A program made the translations under genes and the position numbers. Source: Mobula hypostoma (taxonomy: Eukaryota). From it: a stretch of DNA of 64,000 nt. The DNA is taken from assembly GCF_963921235.1 (NCBI RefSeq), contig NC_086109.1:13952001-14016000 (forward strand), written 5' to 3'. Below, piece by piece: positions 35,916 to 48,739 of this stretch; the first letter of the stretch is position 1; the number at the start of each line of letters is the position of its first letter. Below the pieces are notes generated by a model, which saw only the letters and a list, made by a program, of their open reading frames with translations, made no database searches and was not told where the DNA came from.

Positions 35916-36159
35916 GTTATACTTAAAAGTTTACACTTTCTTTTCAAACACTACCTTCTGTGTCATCTTGCTGCTGTGAAGCCTTGCAAAGGAAGGGGTC
36001 ATCAATCTATGCAGGTCAGCCAGAGCAATGGTTCCATTCTCGGCCAGTTATATAGCGAGAACTTTTCCAATATTTTATTCCTGGTTGGGACCCTCTGCTT
36101 CTTGGAGTAGACCTGGGAACGTATTTCAGACATGAATCTCTTACCCACTTCCTCCTTTG

Positions 36160-37260
36160 AGTGAAAGAACATAGAGCAGTACAGCACGGAAACAAGCCAT
36201 TTGCTCCATCGTGTTGTAATGAATTAATTAAACTAGTTCTTTAATGCCTAACTGTATCATATGCCCTCAAAACCAGGCAGCATCCTGATAATCCTCTTCT
36301 GTATCCTCTCCAAAGCTTCCATGTGCTTCCTATGTTGTGGCAGTCACGACTGAGTACAATACCACAGATGGGGGTCAAACCAGAGTTTTGTAAAGCTGCA
36401 CTGTAACTTCCCAACTCTTGAACTTAATGCCTTGACTAATAAAAGCGTGCCTGTCGTATGCCTTCTTTACCACCCTATAAACCCTGCGTGCACTTTCGGG
36501 GAGCTATTTATCGACGTCAAGATTCCCGCTGTATAGCAACACTGTTAAGGGTCCTATCGTTAACTGTACCATTCACTTAATTTTAGCTGGATAGATCAGT
36601 TAGTAAAGCATCAGACTTTTGCTTGTATTGTTGGCTCAAGTACAATTAAACACATTCTACTGAGTGGCTGTTTCTTAGACACTGTTCCTGTGACTTACCT
36701 TGACTTAGAGTGGAACTGGGCTGAGAAAGCAGGGCCCTCTGTGGATCTACCTAGGAAGAGCATTTCATCACCTCACTCATGGCTGAATTTGGGCATTGGC
36801 CTTGAGGTCAAAGTTCAACACAGAACCATAACAGGCCTTTTGGCCCACAATGTCTGTGCTGAACATGACGCTGCATTGAATAAAATCTGTTCCACCTGTA
36901 GGTGATTCATATCTCTGCACAACAATAGTGGCTTCTTTTAGGCTTTTGTATCTACTTCCACCTCTAACCCTGGCAGATCAGACCATTCCTGGCACCTGTC
37001 ACACTCTACAAAAAAAAACATGCAATTCTTTAAACTTGCTCCTACTCACCTTAAATGTATATATTGATATTTCTACCTGAGACAAAGATTCTGACCATCT
37101 ACCCTGTCTATGCCTCTCATAATTGTATAAACTACTTTCAGATCTCTGCTCAGAGAAAACAGCCCAAGTTTGTCTAATTTCTCCTTGTAGATCATCCTCT
37201 AATCCAAGTAGTATTTTAGTAAACCTCTCCTGCACCCACTCCAAAGCCTCCACACCCTCC
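36160..37260 (-). mobile_element. Two old CR1 LINE fragments (36160-36570; 36820-37260)
   Basis: EALERIQKR..RMLP and EALEWVQERFTKIL motifs with CR1-like tails. Confidence 0.72.
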
Positions 37261-37835
37261 TAAATCCTCCACAACCTTTCAACACTTCCCCACCCTTATG
37301 TATAATCTCAGCACCATTTTCTCAAAGCCTTTGACAGGCATATTTAATTCTCTTTTCCTCAGTCATTAAATCTCCACTGACTTGCCACATCACTGAACTT
37401 GCTTTCACCTTATTTTAGATGGGTTTTTAATTGCTCTTCTCTATCACTCTGTGTCATCCAAGGGATGCTGGTGTAGGGATAATATTTAAGTGAAAGGGTC
37501 TGGTGATTTTCTTAGAGAGTCTCTTACCGTTAAGGAAGGGTTCTGAGGTAATTTTTATTCTTTATTTAAGATGTGGATGCTACTAGCAAGGTTGGCATTT
37601 ATCAAAGTTCAAGGTTAATTTATTATCACAGTAGTATGTGCCACAATATACTACCCTGTGACACATTTTGCAGCCATTCATAGTAGACCAAAGAAAGACA
37701 ACAGAATCATTGAAAAACTACACATAGAGAAGAACAATTTCAGAGTTGTATACTTTGATAACAAATGAACCTTTGAACAAAGAATGACAAACAGCCAAGC
37801 TGCAAAAGAATACAAACTGTGCAAATACAAAATAA

Positions 37836-40101
37836 AACCTAACCCCACTGTGGTTTTGTCTTGCTTTAAACATATTCTCTACTGAACTGGATGAAAATAG
37901 GGTCTCAAATCCGAAGCAAGCGAACAAATTATACCTTGACACACCTACACATGGAAGAATTGAAATTATGCTCCCTTTCATCAATAAAGCTGGAGCAATT
38001 GATTTCAATACTAGAACTATTTTCCAAAGATATAAACATGAGCTTTGGATATAGATTAGTGCAGAACATTAAACGATAGAGCTAGTAGAATATAAAACAG
38101 AACAGCAGGATACAATACAACTGATGGAGTAACATGAAGCATAAGTATCTGGGATATCAACAAGCAAAGAAAACAGATCATAGTGCAGTCAAGAAAAAGC
38201 TTTCAATGGAATTTACTTCAAGGCTTAAGAAAATCTGCCCAAACAGAGCTCAATAGTAAAAATATAACAAATGCAATAAACACTTCTGCTATACCGATAT
38301 TAACATACTCTTTTGGCAGAATAACATGGCCAGAAACTGATCTGGAAAATTTACAAAGAAGAATCAGAACTGAAATGACGAATTTTAAAAAACAGTACAT
38401 AAACTCTAACACACTGAGGCTAACACTACCTAGGACAGAAGGAGGAAGAGGAGTAACAGACATAAAAAAAAATTTACACAACAGTCAGATAAAACTCGTG
38501 AGGATATGCTTTCGGTGGTGAAGAAGATGAATGCAATGTTGGCATTCATTTCTAGAGGAATAAAGTATAGGAGCAGGGATGTGATGTTGAGGCTCTATAA
38601 GGCGCTGGTGAGACCTCACTTGGAGTACTGTGGGCAGTTTTGGTCTCCTTATTTAAGAAAGGATGTGCTGACGTTGGAGAGGGTACAGAGAAGATTCACG
38701 AGAATGATTCCGGGAATGAGAGGGTTAACATATGAGGAACGTTTGTCCGCTCTTGGACTGTATTCCTTGGAGTTTAGAAGAATGAGGGGAGACCTCATAG
38801 AAACATCTTGAATGTTAAAAGGCATGGACAGAGTGGATGTGGGAAAGTTGTTTCCCATGATGGGGGAGTCTAGTACGAGAGGGCATGACTTCAGGATTGA
38901 AAGGCGCCCTTTCAGAACAGAAATACGAAGAAATTTTTTTAGTCAGAGGGTGGTGAATCTATGGAATTTGTTGCCACGGGCAGCAGTGGAAGCCAAGTCA
39001 TTGGGTGTATTTAAGGCAGAGATTGATAGGTATCTGAGTAGCCAGGGCATCAAAGGTTATGGTGAGAAGGCGGGGCAGTGGGACTAAATAGGATAAAATG
39101 GATCAGCTCATGATAAAATGGTGGAGCAGACTCGATGGGCCGAATGGCCTACTTCTGCTCCTTTGTCTTATGGTCTTATGGAAAACAGGATTCAGCACTC
39201 CTTGCGAGCATATGCATTCTGATTTTAAAAAATACATACCACTAAATTTAAAGGAAGAAATTATCACTATAGAAAATATTAACCAATGGAAGAGCATAAC
39301 CCTCCATGAAAGACTTCCTCGTGATCTGAGCAGACTAGATGTCAACGAGGTAGCTTCAAACACCTGGCTCAGAGTTGGAGACCTCTCCCCAGAAACAGCG
39401 GAGTTATTTGTGGCAATACAAGACCAGGTTAACACAAAAATATAATCAAAAATAAATATTGAAAGACCAACAAATTCAAGACAATAAATGCAGAAATTGC
39501 CAAGCAAAACCAGAAACAGTCCAACACATTACAGGATGCTGCAGAAGTTTAACTCAACCTGATTGCTTACACTGGCACCATCAAGTGGCAAACATTATTC
39601 ACCAAAACCTTGCTTTAAAATGCAAACTCATAAAAGACACCATATGTTACTATAAATACAAGCCTGACCCAATTTTAGAACTGGAGTCCTACAAATTATA
39701 TTACAACCAATCCATTATTATAGATAGGACAATCCATAATAACCTTCTGGATATATTATTACAGGATGACCGAGCAAGACCAACTTTCTTAATAGAACTA
39801 TCCATTCCAAACTCGCACAGCACATAGAAATAAGTAAGTGAAAAACACCTGAAATATGATGAATTCAAAGAGAAAATTGAAGGACTATGGAAAATGAGCA
39901 AGGTATCAGGTATCATCCCGAAGTCACTGGACAATAGTATTAAACAATGAGGCCTACACAGCAATATCTATGTAAATCTTCAGAAAGCCACAATACTAAA
40001 CACCACTCAAATAGTCCAAATGTTCCTAGCAATCGAGAAATGTGTATGCTTGGCTACACCCGTACCTCAGCTTTTACCAACTTGAACTGAGAGAAAAAAA
40101 A
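37836..40101 (+). mobile_element. R4/Dong-clade LINE, 5'-truncated, with complete 3' end
   Basis: LTPLWFCLALN, ELNSKN..NAINT.AIPILTYSFG, EGGRG..DI, CRNC..KPETVQHITGC, DRTIHNN.LDI (RLE region), QKATILNT..IV..FL; ends gagaaaaaaaa|taataa. Confidence 0.9.
38515..39181 (+). mobile_element. Young CR1 LINE 3' part nested in R4
   Basis: Nearly open KKMNAMLAFISRGI...LVRPHLEYC.QFWSP...RMRGDLIET; (tcttatgg)n tail. Confidence 0.92.
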
Positions 40102-41139
40102 TAATAATGCATGTTTACATATAGAGAGTTTGGGTTGTAAAGTCCTTGAAAATGAGTCCATAGGTTACTGTTCAGTGTTGAGATGGGTGAAGTTATTGAT
40201 GCTAGTTCCGGAGCCTAGTGGTTGTACGGTAATAATTGTTCCTCAACTTGGTGACGTGAGACCTAATGCTCTTGTACCTCCTTCAAAGTTCAATGTTCAA
40301 AATAAAGTAAATTTATTATCAAAGTACATATACATCACCCTATACAAACCTGAGGCTCGTTTTCTTGTAGGCATACTCAATAAATCCATGATGGAATAGT
40401 AACCATAACAGAATCAATGAAAGACTGCACCAACTTAGGCGTCCAACCAGTATGCAAAAGACAATAAGTGGTGCAAACACAAAAATAATAAATTAATTAA
40501 TAAGCAATGACTATCTAGAACATGTGACGAAGAGTGTTTGAGTCCAGAGGTTGTGGAAACAATTTAATGATGGGGCAAGTGAAGTTGAGGAAGTTATCTC
40601 CTTTGGTTCAAGAGCCTGATAGTTGAGGAGTAATAACTGTTCCTGAACCTGGTAATGTAAATCCTGAGGCTCCTGTACCTTCTTTCTGATGGCAGCAGTG
40701 GGAAGAATGCCTGTCTTGTGTGGTGGGGTCGCTGATGATGGATCCTGCTTTCATGTGACAGTGCACCCCCCCCCCCATGTAGATGTGCTCAATGGTGGGA
40801 GGGCTTTACCCATGATAGACTGGGCTGTATTCACTCACCCCAACACTGAACTGCTCCCATAACCTACAGATTTTCTTTCAAGGACTCTTCATCTCATGTT
40901 CCTGTTATTTATTGCTTATTTATTCATTATTATTATTGTTTTCTTTTTGTATTTGCAGTTTGCTGTCTCCTACACATAAGTTGTTTATCTGTCTTGTATG
41001 CGATTTTTCATTGATTCTTTGGTGGTTCTTTGCACCTCTTGTGAATGCCCACAAGAAAATGTATCTCAGAGTAATATATGGTGACATGAATGTAGTTTGA
41101 TAATAAATTTATTTTGAGCTTTCATCTTTTGCTGCGCTC

Positions 41140-41315
41140 CTTCGTCTCATCACTTTATGCTGGCTATCGCCCCTCCGCTCTTTCAGTCCAGGTGAAGAGT
41201 CTTGATCTGAAACGCTGACTGTCGATTTCCCTCCCACAGATGCTGCTCGACCTGCTGAGTTCCTCCAGCATTTTGCTGTTTGCTCCATGTTCCAGCATCT
41301 GCAGTCTCTTGTGTC
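41140..41315 (+). mobile_element. Penelope-like terminal-repeat remnant
   Basis: cagtccaggtgaagagtcttgatctgaaacgctgactg...gatgctgctcgacctgctgagttcc. Confidence 0.75.
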
Positions 41316-42261
41316 TACATTTCTTTGTTTAGCTGGCTTTTCTTTTTGTGCCTTGTGCTGTTCAGAGAATATGGAACTGATGTGGTTGCCCCTGTTATTG
41401 GAGAAACGTGGCTGAATTTGCAGCAATCTGCTGACTGGTGTGCAGTGGCTGGCTGTTGAGATCGTCACTTTTCACAAGAATTTGGCTGGGAACTTGATAT
41501 TCTGTCCATATCTGGGGGTTATCGGAGACAGAAAATAATGACGTGACCTTTCTATTGTCTAGTCAGGATAGTCTCTTAACAGTGCAAAGAAATATCAATC
41601 AATGCTACTGCTTTCCTCTTGAGCTGATCTGTAATTACCGAGAAGAGGCTGTTCACCAGAAGGTTAGAGCAATTGAACAGAGTCTGCAGAAAATCTGATG
41701 TAAAATGATGTTTAAACTGTAAAGACAGGACAACAGCATTTGAAGTTAATAGTAAATAGCCTGAAGGCTTGTTTAGGCTGGAGGCTGCACAATTTAGAAC
41801 AGCAAAGGCTTCAACATTGGCCTGTGGAGTAAGTTAGACGCTAGACTTAAACTAGACCTATTATGTTGGTGCTGTTCACTCAGCAAACCTAGAGGTAGTC
41901 ATTTCACAAAATCTGACTTCATGTCTGCATTCAAAGATGGGCTCTCGTCACTGGTACTCATACCTTAACCAAATTCAAGTAACTTTTCCCCAGGAATCCA
42001 TTTGTTTTTTCTTAAATGCTGGAGATCTGGTATTTCATTAATCATAAAGGGAAAGTTAAGGAGAAAGATAAATACAAAGAAAAGAGTTGGATTACAGAAA
42101 ACCAACTGCCTAGAAAATTAATTCCTAAATTCAATGAGTAATTCCTGTTTCCTGCTTTTACATTTCAGAAGCATATCCATAATATTACTGTGCTTTGGGA
42201 CATCCTGAAATAAATTCACAGGGTGCTAACGAAGTGTAAATAGATTGTTGATATTGCTTGT

Positions 42262-42480
42262 TTATTCATTCCTTTTCTTCCCTTTTGCTCTTCCCCTGCT
42301 TTTTTCCCCTTCATTCCATTTTTCCTTTTCCTCTTCCTCCCTTTCCTTTTCATTTCTTTCCTGCTTTCTTCCCTCAATTGTTCCTTTCTTTCCTTTTTCT
42401 TTGTCTTTTCCTCTATTTTCTCCTTTTTTCCCCTCAATTATTTATTTCCCTTTCCCTTTCCTTTTCTTATCCCCACCTTT
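42262..42480. repeat. Low-complexity pyrimidine-rich tract
   Basis: About 220 bp of (TTTC/TTCC)-like sequence. Confidence 0.85.
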
Positions 42481-43199
42481 TGTTGCATAGCCCGGAAAAT
42501 TAATTGTTATGAATTGGTCTCAGCTTGATTTTTCTTGATAAGCAGTTTAATTGGAAGGGAAAGTGAACGTCAATTATCGAAGCCTAGAATGTCAAAACAG
42601 AATTTTAGAAAGTAAGAGGGTGACTCAGTGGCCAGGAAGAAGAGAATCTGGGACTTTTAATCGACAAAGCTGAAAGTTACACAGTAATACTCACTCAGTT
42701 GACACCCACACAGTACGAGTGGTAAAGTGCAGCATTGAGCTGCGTCTTTGGCTCTAAGTGTTCATGCACAGATGGCTGCTGTGAGCGGCCAGTTCATGAG
42801 TGTCAGCTACTTTCAGAGTTCCTTGTGGACATTTCACAATGTGATTACTTGAGATTGCCAATTCGATTCTATTTCAGTGTGTTTTTTAGGGGGAGGGGAG
42901 AGTGTTCTATTTTTACAGGTAACTCAGTAATATATTAAACCTAATACCATCTACAAGTCCCATTGTTATCCATAGCACTGAAATCACTCTGGCCATGATG
43001 TGGCTTAATCTGTAAAGACTTTCATTATATTGTTGGGGAATCTTAAACTTTGTTCAATTACTTTGAAAGCTGTTTCTTTCATAGGAAGGTGCTGGCTACA
43101 TTTCATTTATTGTGAATGGATTTGCCATGAGTTTTGGCCCAAACCCTTGGTCACCTTGGGTTTTAATAGTATCCTCGTGCCCTTGTCCCTTGAACTTCC

Positions 43200-44420
43200 T
43201 TATGTCAGAATGCAGTTTCTGGATTTCAGTTTGGCATTCAACACTATTGTCCCACAGACCTTGGTAAACAAGCTTCTACTCCTTGTCTAGATGGCCCTTG
43301 TGGCTAAAAGGATCAGGGGGTATGGGGGGAAGGCTGGTACAGGGTTCTGAGTTGGATGGTCAGCCATGATCATACTGAATGGCGGTGCAGGCTCGAAGGG
43401 CCGAATGGCCTACTCCTGCACCTATTTTCTATGTTTCTATGTTTCTAAATCCACCACTGTGCAACTGGGTGTTGGACTTCCTAACGAACAGTTGTCAAGA
43501 TGCACAACTGCTCCTTCCTCCCCATCATCCTCAGTATGGGTACCCCTGCCCAGAGCTGTGTGCCGAGCCCATCGCTGTACAATGGCTCACACATGACAGC
43601 ATGGCCAAACACCTGAGCAATCACATCATCAGTTCGCCGATGACACGTTGGTGGGGAGTTCTCATCACCAACAATGATGAGATGGCTTACAGAGAGGAGG
43701 TGGAAGAGCTCGAGGCCTGGTTCCAGGCTAATAGCCTCTTCCTCAATGTCAACGAGACAAAGGAGATGGTTATTGACTTCAGGAGACCTCGTGCCACTCA
43801 CACTCCACCTTATATTGACGGCACAGCAGCGGGAACTGCGAGCAGTTTCAAATTCCTGGGATTGCACATCACACACAAACGTTCATGGTCCCAGAGCACA
43901 TCCGACACAGTCGAGAAAACTCCCTAGCACCTCTGCTTTCTGAGGAGGCAGAAGAGAGCTGGACTTTGCACATCCATACTTAAGTCATTTTATAGATGTG
44001 CCAGGGAGAGCATCCTAACAAGCTTCATCACTGCTTGGTATGGAAGCTGTGCAACTGGTAGTCAAACCTGCCCAACACGTCACTAGCCCCAGCCTACCCC
44101 CCAACAAGGTCAAATGTACAGAAAGGTCCCAGAAAAGGGCCAGTGACATCATGAGGGATCTGACCCACCCTGCTCATGGACAGTTTGTTCCCATCCCATC
44201 TGGAAGGAGGCTACGTAATATCCACACCAGAACCGCCAGGCTCGAAAACAGTTACTTTCCCCAAGCAGGAAGGCTGATCAACACCTTCACCCTCCCGGCC
44301 ACTACTTTATTATTTCCTGTCAGTCATCTTACGTACAGCTGACCACCACTTTATGGATATACAATCAACCTATACATATAAACTAGCTTAAGTATTTATA
44401 TTTATTGTGTTTTTGTTTTT
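43200..44420 (+). mobile_element. Rex1/Babar LINE RT-to-3'UTR fragment (3'UTR resumes ~46430-46565)
   Basis: YVRMQFLDFS.AFNTIVPQ.L..KL, NWVLDFLT, YREEVE.L.AW.QAN.L.LNV..TKEMVIDFRR, PSGRRLR.I.TRT.RL.NSYFPQA.RL.N. Confidence 0.88.
43291..43447 (+). mobile_element. CR1 3' tail nested in Rex1
   Basis: ggctcgaagggccgaatggcctactcctgcacc...(ctatgttt)n. Confidence 0.85.
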
Positions 44421-44780
44421 ATTTTTCTCTCAGCTCAATCTCAATTTTCCAGATCGGTTTCTGGCCAAGATATTATGGCAAAAGAATATGTTAATATGGG
44501 TATTGCAAAACAATTTATTGCTTTTGTTATGTTTTTACTATTGAGCTCTGTTTGGCAAATTTTCTTAAGCCTCGAAGTAAATAAATTCTGTTGATAGTTT
44601 TTCCTTTATTGCACTATGATCCGTGTTCTTTGCTTGTTGATATCCCAAATACTTATATGTTCAATATTCATCCTTCGGTTGTGTTGCATCCTGCTGCTCT
44701 GTTTTGTATTCTATTAGCTCTTTTGCACCTTTCTTTGTGTCTAATGTTCTGCACTTATCTAGTTCAAAGTTGTTGTTAAT
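44421..44780 (-). mobile_element. Short R4/Dong copy with internal deletion fused to the 3' terminus
   Basis: Minus strand ...SWPETDLEN joins directly to ttgagctgagagaaaaa, the element's terminus. Confidence 0.8.
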
Positions 44781-44800
44781 ATTATATTATTGTTGTTGTG

Positions 44801-46428
44801 TTTTTTTCTTTCAGCTCAAGCTGGTAAAAGCTGAGGTACGGGGATCGCCAAGCACACTCATTTCTCAATTGCTAGGAGCTTTCAGACTATTCTAGTGGTG
44901 TTTAGTATTGTGGCTTTCTTGAGATTTATGTAAAAAATGCTGTGTAGGCCTACTCATTTAATGCTGTTGTGTAGTGACTTTGAGATGATACCAGTTGTAG
45001 ATATTACAATTGGGACAATGTATACCCTGTTCATGTTCCACGGTCTTTCAATTTCCTCTTTTAATTCAGCATATTTCTGGTGTTTTTCACTTATTGATTT
45101 CTGTATGTTATGTGTGTTTGAATAGCTATAACAAGTTGCTTGTTTGTCCTGTAATATTATATCCAGGCGGTTATTATGGATTGTCCGATCTGTAATAATG
45201 GACCAGTCGTAATTTAATTTGTAGGACTGTGACTCTGAAACTGGATCGGGCTTGTATTTATAGTATGGTATGGTTTCTTTTGTGAGTTTCTATTTTAAAG
45301 CAAGATTTTGGTGAATGGTGTTTGCCACTTGATTGTGGCTGTGTAAGTAATTAGATTGAGTTAAACTGCAGGATTCTGTAATGAGTTGGCTTGTTTCTGG
45401 GTTTTTTTGGCATTTTCTACATTTATCATCTTGAATCTGTTTGTCTTTTATTATGAGTTTTTGATAATTTTTGTCTTAAACACCTGGTCCTGTATTGCCA
45501 CAAGGAACCCTTCTGTTCTGACGAAGGGTCTCGGCCCAAAACGTTGACTGTACCTCTTCCTATAGATGCTGCCTGGCCTGCTGCGTTCACCAGCGTTTTT
45601 TGTGTGTGTTGCTTGAATTTCCAGCATCTGCAGGTTTCCTCGTGTGAGCCCTTCTGTTTCTGGGAGGAGATCTCCAACTCTGAGCCAGGTGTTCAACGCT
45701 TCATTGTCAACATCTAGTCTCCGCAGATCGTGGAGGTATCTTCCAGGGAGGGTCTTGCTTTTCCGTTGGTTAACTTTTTCTTCCGTAGTGATAATTTCTT
45801 TATTTTTCTGAGTTGTGCTCTCATTTAAGTTTAGTGGTGTGTACTTCTTTATCAGAATTGCATATTCTCATGTGGAGTGCTGAATCCTGTTTCTGTTGTT
45901 GAAAATATATCCTTAGAACTTTTATCTGACTTTTATGTAATTTTTAAATGTCTGTTACTCCTCTTCCTTCTCCTATCTAGGTAGTGTTATCTAAGCATGT
46001 TTGAGTGTACGTTGTGTTTTCTAAAATTTATCATTTCAGTTCTTATTTTTCTTTGTAAATTTTCCAGATTGGTTTCTGGCCAAGATATTATGCCAAAAGA
46101 GTACGTTAATATGAGCATAGCAAAAGTGCCTTTGTTATATTTTTACTGTTGAGCTTTGTTTGGCAGATTTTCTTAAGCATTGAACTAAATTCTGTCGAAG
46201 GTTTTCCCCTTTTCACACTATGATCTATTTTCTTTGCTTGTTGATATTACAGATACTAATATGTTTCATATTCATTTGCATCCTGCTGCCCGTTTTACAT
46301 TCTACTAGCTCTATTGCACCTTTCTTTATGTTTAATATTCTGCATTTACCTAGTCCAAAGTTAATGCTTATACCTTCAGAAAGTAGTTCTACTATATGAA
46401 TTAATTGCTTTAGTTTTATTGATGACAT
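44801..46428 (-). mobile_element. R4/Dong-clade LINE, 5'-truncated, with 3' end
   Basis: INFGLGKC, NTWLRVGDLLPETEG, DRTIHNNRLDI, terminus ccagcttgagctgaaagaaaaaaa. Confidence 0.9.
45518..45648 (+). mobile_element. Short Penelope-like insertion in R4, beginning at the hammerhead core
   Basis: 10-bp TSD cccttctgtt (45508-45517 / 45649-45658); starts ctgacgaagggtctcggccc. Confidence 0.88.
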
Positions 46429-47214
46429 TATTGCTATTGTTGTGTTCTTTCTGTCTTGTGTTTGTTTTTGTGCGGCATCGGATCCGGAGTAACGATGATT
46501 ATTTATAAGTTATTTTGTTCTCCCTGCACATGTGTACAGGAAACGACATTAAATAATCTTGAATAGCTGTGGCACGCAGCAATCATTTTGTTCTCCTTTA
46601 CACTTGTATGCTGATGAATGACAATATACAATATTGATTTTTTTTATATAAAAGGTATTTCAGTAAAGCAGAATCAGGCTTATTATCACTAACGTATATC
46701 ATGAGGTATGTTGTTTCTGTGGCAGCAGGTACAGTCCGATATAATAAAAAAAAGCTTCAATACATCAAAAAACTAAATAAATAGTGCAAAAATTGAACAA
46801 AGCAGTGAGGTTGTGTTCACAAACTGTTCAGAAATTTGACTGCAGAGGGAAATAATATGTTTTCAAAAGGTTGAGAATGCATCTTCAGGCAAATGCACCT
46901 CTTCTCGGGTGGCAGTGACAAGAAGACATGATCTGCACAGTGACTGTCCTTAGTGACGGGCGCCACCATCTTGCGACACCCCTTTCGAAGATGTTCCCAG
47001 TCGTCACTGGAAAGGAGTCAGCAGTCGACATTTCAGGCCAAAACACTTCATCGGGACTGGAAAGGAAGGGGGAAGATGCCAGAAGTACGATTGGTGTTAT
47101 AGGAAATGTGGCATCCCGTGCTCCTACAAAAAATGATAAAATTCACTGATTTAGTGATGCTATTTGAGGGAGAACTGCTCTCCCTCCCTTAATAGTGCCA
47201 TGGAATACAATTAT

Positions 47215-47468
47215 TTTTTTTCAGATACAGCTCACCTTCTGAGCCACACAAACCAGCATCCCCTGATTTAATCCTGACATAATCACGGGACAATTTACAA
47301 TGACCAATTAACCTACCAACCAGTACATCTTTGGACTGTGGGAGGAAACCGGAGCACCCGGAGGAAATCCACGCGGTCATGGGGAGAACGTACAAATTCT
47401 TTTCAGTGGCAGGAATTGAACCCAGGTCACCAGTAAAAGTATTATGCTAACCACTACGCTACTGTGCC
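47215..47468 (-). mobile_element. V-domain SINE
   Basis: Minus-strand head ggcacagtagcgtagtggttagc...gggttcaattcc and V-domain. Confidence 0.85.
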
Positions 47469-48334
47469 TCTGAGTCTGATTTTCACCATAGTTTGGAAAA
47501 GTTATTTTCGAGGACTTAAGCGGAAATGTATAACAGGCTGACAACTCGTCTCCAACAGGCTGAGAATATTTTGGGTTCTGTGCCTCCTGGTTCGGGACTT
47601 GAGCAGGGCAGGGCATGATTACATTTTGCGACTGATGAAATGATAGAACTGTATCTCCTTTAGTTTCCGCTAGGCCCCGCGTTAAGTGTGTCAATTCATG
47701 TGGCTTTAGTCTTCAAAACGTGAGATGCAAGAGACTGCAAATGGTGTTTTGATTTAACTGTACATTTGCGTACGTGGTTTCTCCCCACCATCCAGGCCAT
47801 GCTGTCTTCTCGCTACTACCTAACAGGCAGGAGGTTCAAGGAGCTTTAGGTCCCACATCACCAGGTTCAAGATCGGTAATTTAAGTTACTGCATCTGCTT
47901 GAGTCGATTTGTGATGTTTGGTCAAAGTTGAATTTATTGTCACATGCACAAGGGCAATGAAAGACTTTCTTGCAGCATTATTATATACAGTTGCGTAGTA
48001 TCAGCTACGGGCAGTCGCAATAAAAAGATAAACATGTTGTGACATTCTATACAATTTTTACAAAAAAGAACATGTTTCAAACAAAACAGTCTCAAGTCTG
48101 TTGTAGTGCAATGTGATCAAAATGTTGGTATACTGAGGTAGGGTGGGGATTAGGGTAGTGCCGGTTGGTTCAAGAACTGGATGGTTGAAGGGAAGTAGCT
48201 GTTCTTGAACGGTGATGTGAGACTTCGGACTTCTGTATCTTCTGCCTGATAGCAGCTGTGACTCAGATGGTTGATTCACTTGCCTTGCTTAGAGAAGAAT
48301 GTCTTGCTGGTCTAGCGAAGAGTGGGTAGATGTA

Positions 48335-48640
48335 CGCACGCTAAAGTGCTGGAGGAACTCAGCGGATGAGCCAGCGTCTATGGAGAGGAGTAAACAGTCG
48401 AAGGCAGGTCGGTGGTGGAGGCAAGTGAAGTGTGTAGGCAGAGGTGATGGGTGGAAGAGGCAAAGGGCTGGTGAAGGAGAGTGGAACGTGGGAGAAATGG
48501 AAGGAAGAGGGGTACCAGAGGGAGGTGATGGCCAGGTGAGGAGAAGAGAAAGGGAAAGAGGGGATACAGAATGGGGAAAGGGGAAAGAGAAAAGAGAGAA
48601 GTGGGAAGAGGGTTGAAACCATCAGGTTTAGAAGTATAGA
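48335..48640 (-). mobile_element. Penelope-like 3' UTR remnant
   Basis: gctggaggaactcagc...aaacagtcga then a purine-rich tract, as at 8976 and 33736. Confidence 0.72.
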
Positions 48641-48739
48641 GTAGTAAGCATGTCAGTCAAGTTGCCCGCAGTAGACCTGTGCCAGTTACAGCAATGATAA
48701 CATACTTAATAAATTTGATTAAGTTATCAGAGAGCAAAA

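Noticed and set aside
42216..42503. Lys/Glu/Arg-rich and Phe/Ser-rich ORFs
   Set aside because: Artefacts of a low-complexity pyrimidine tract.
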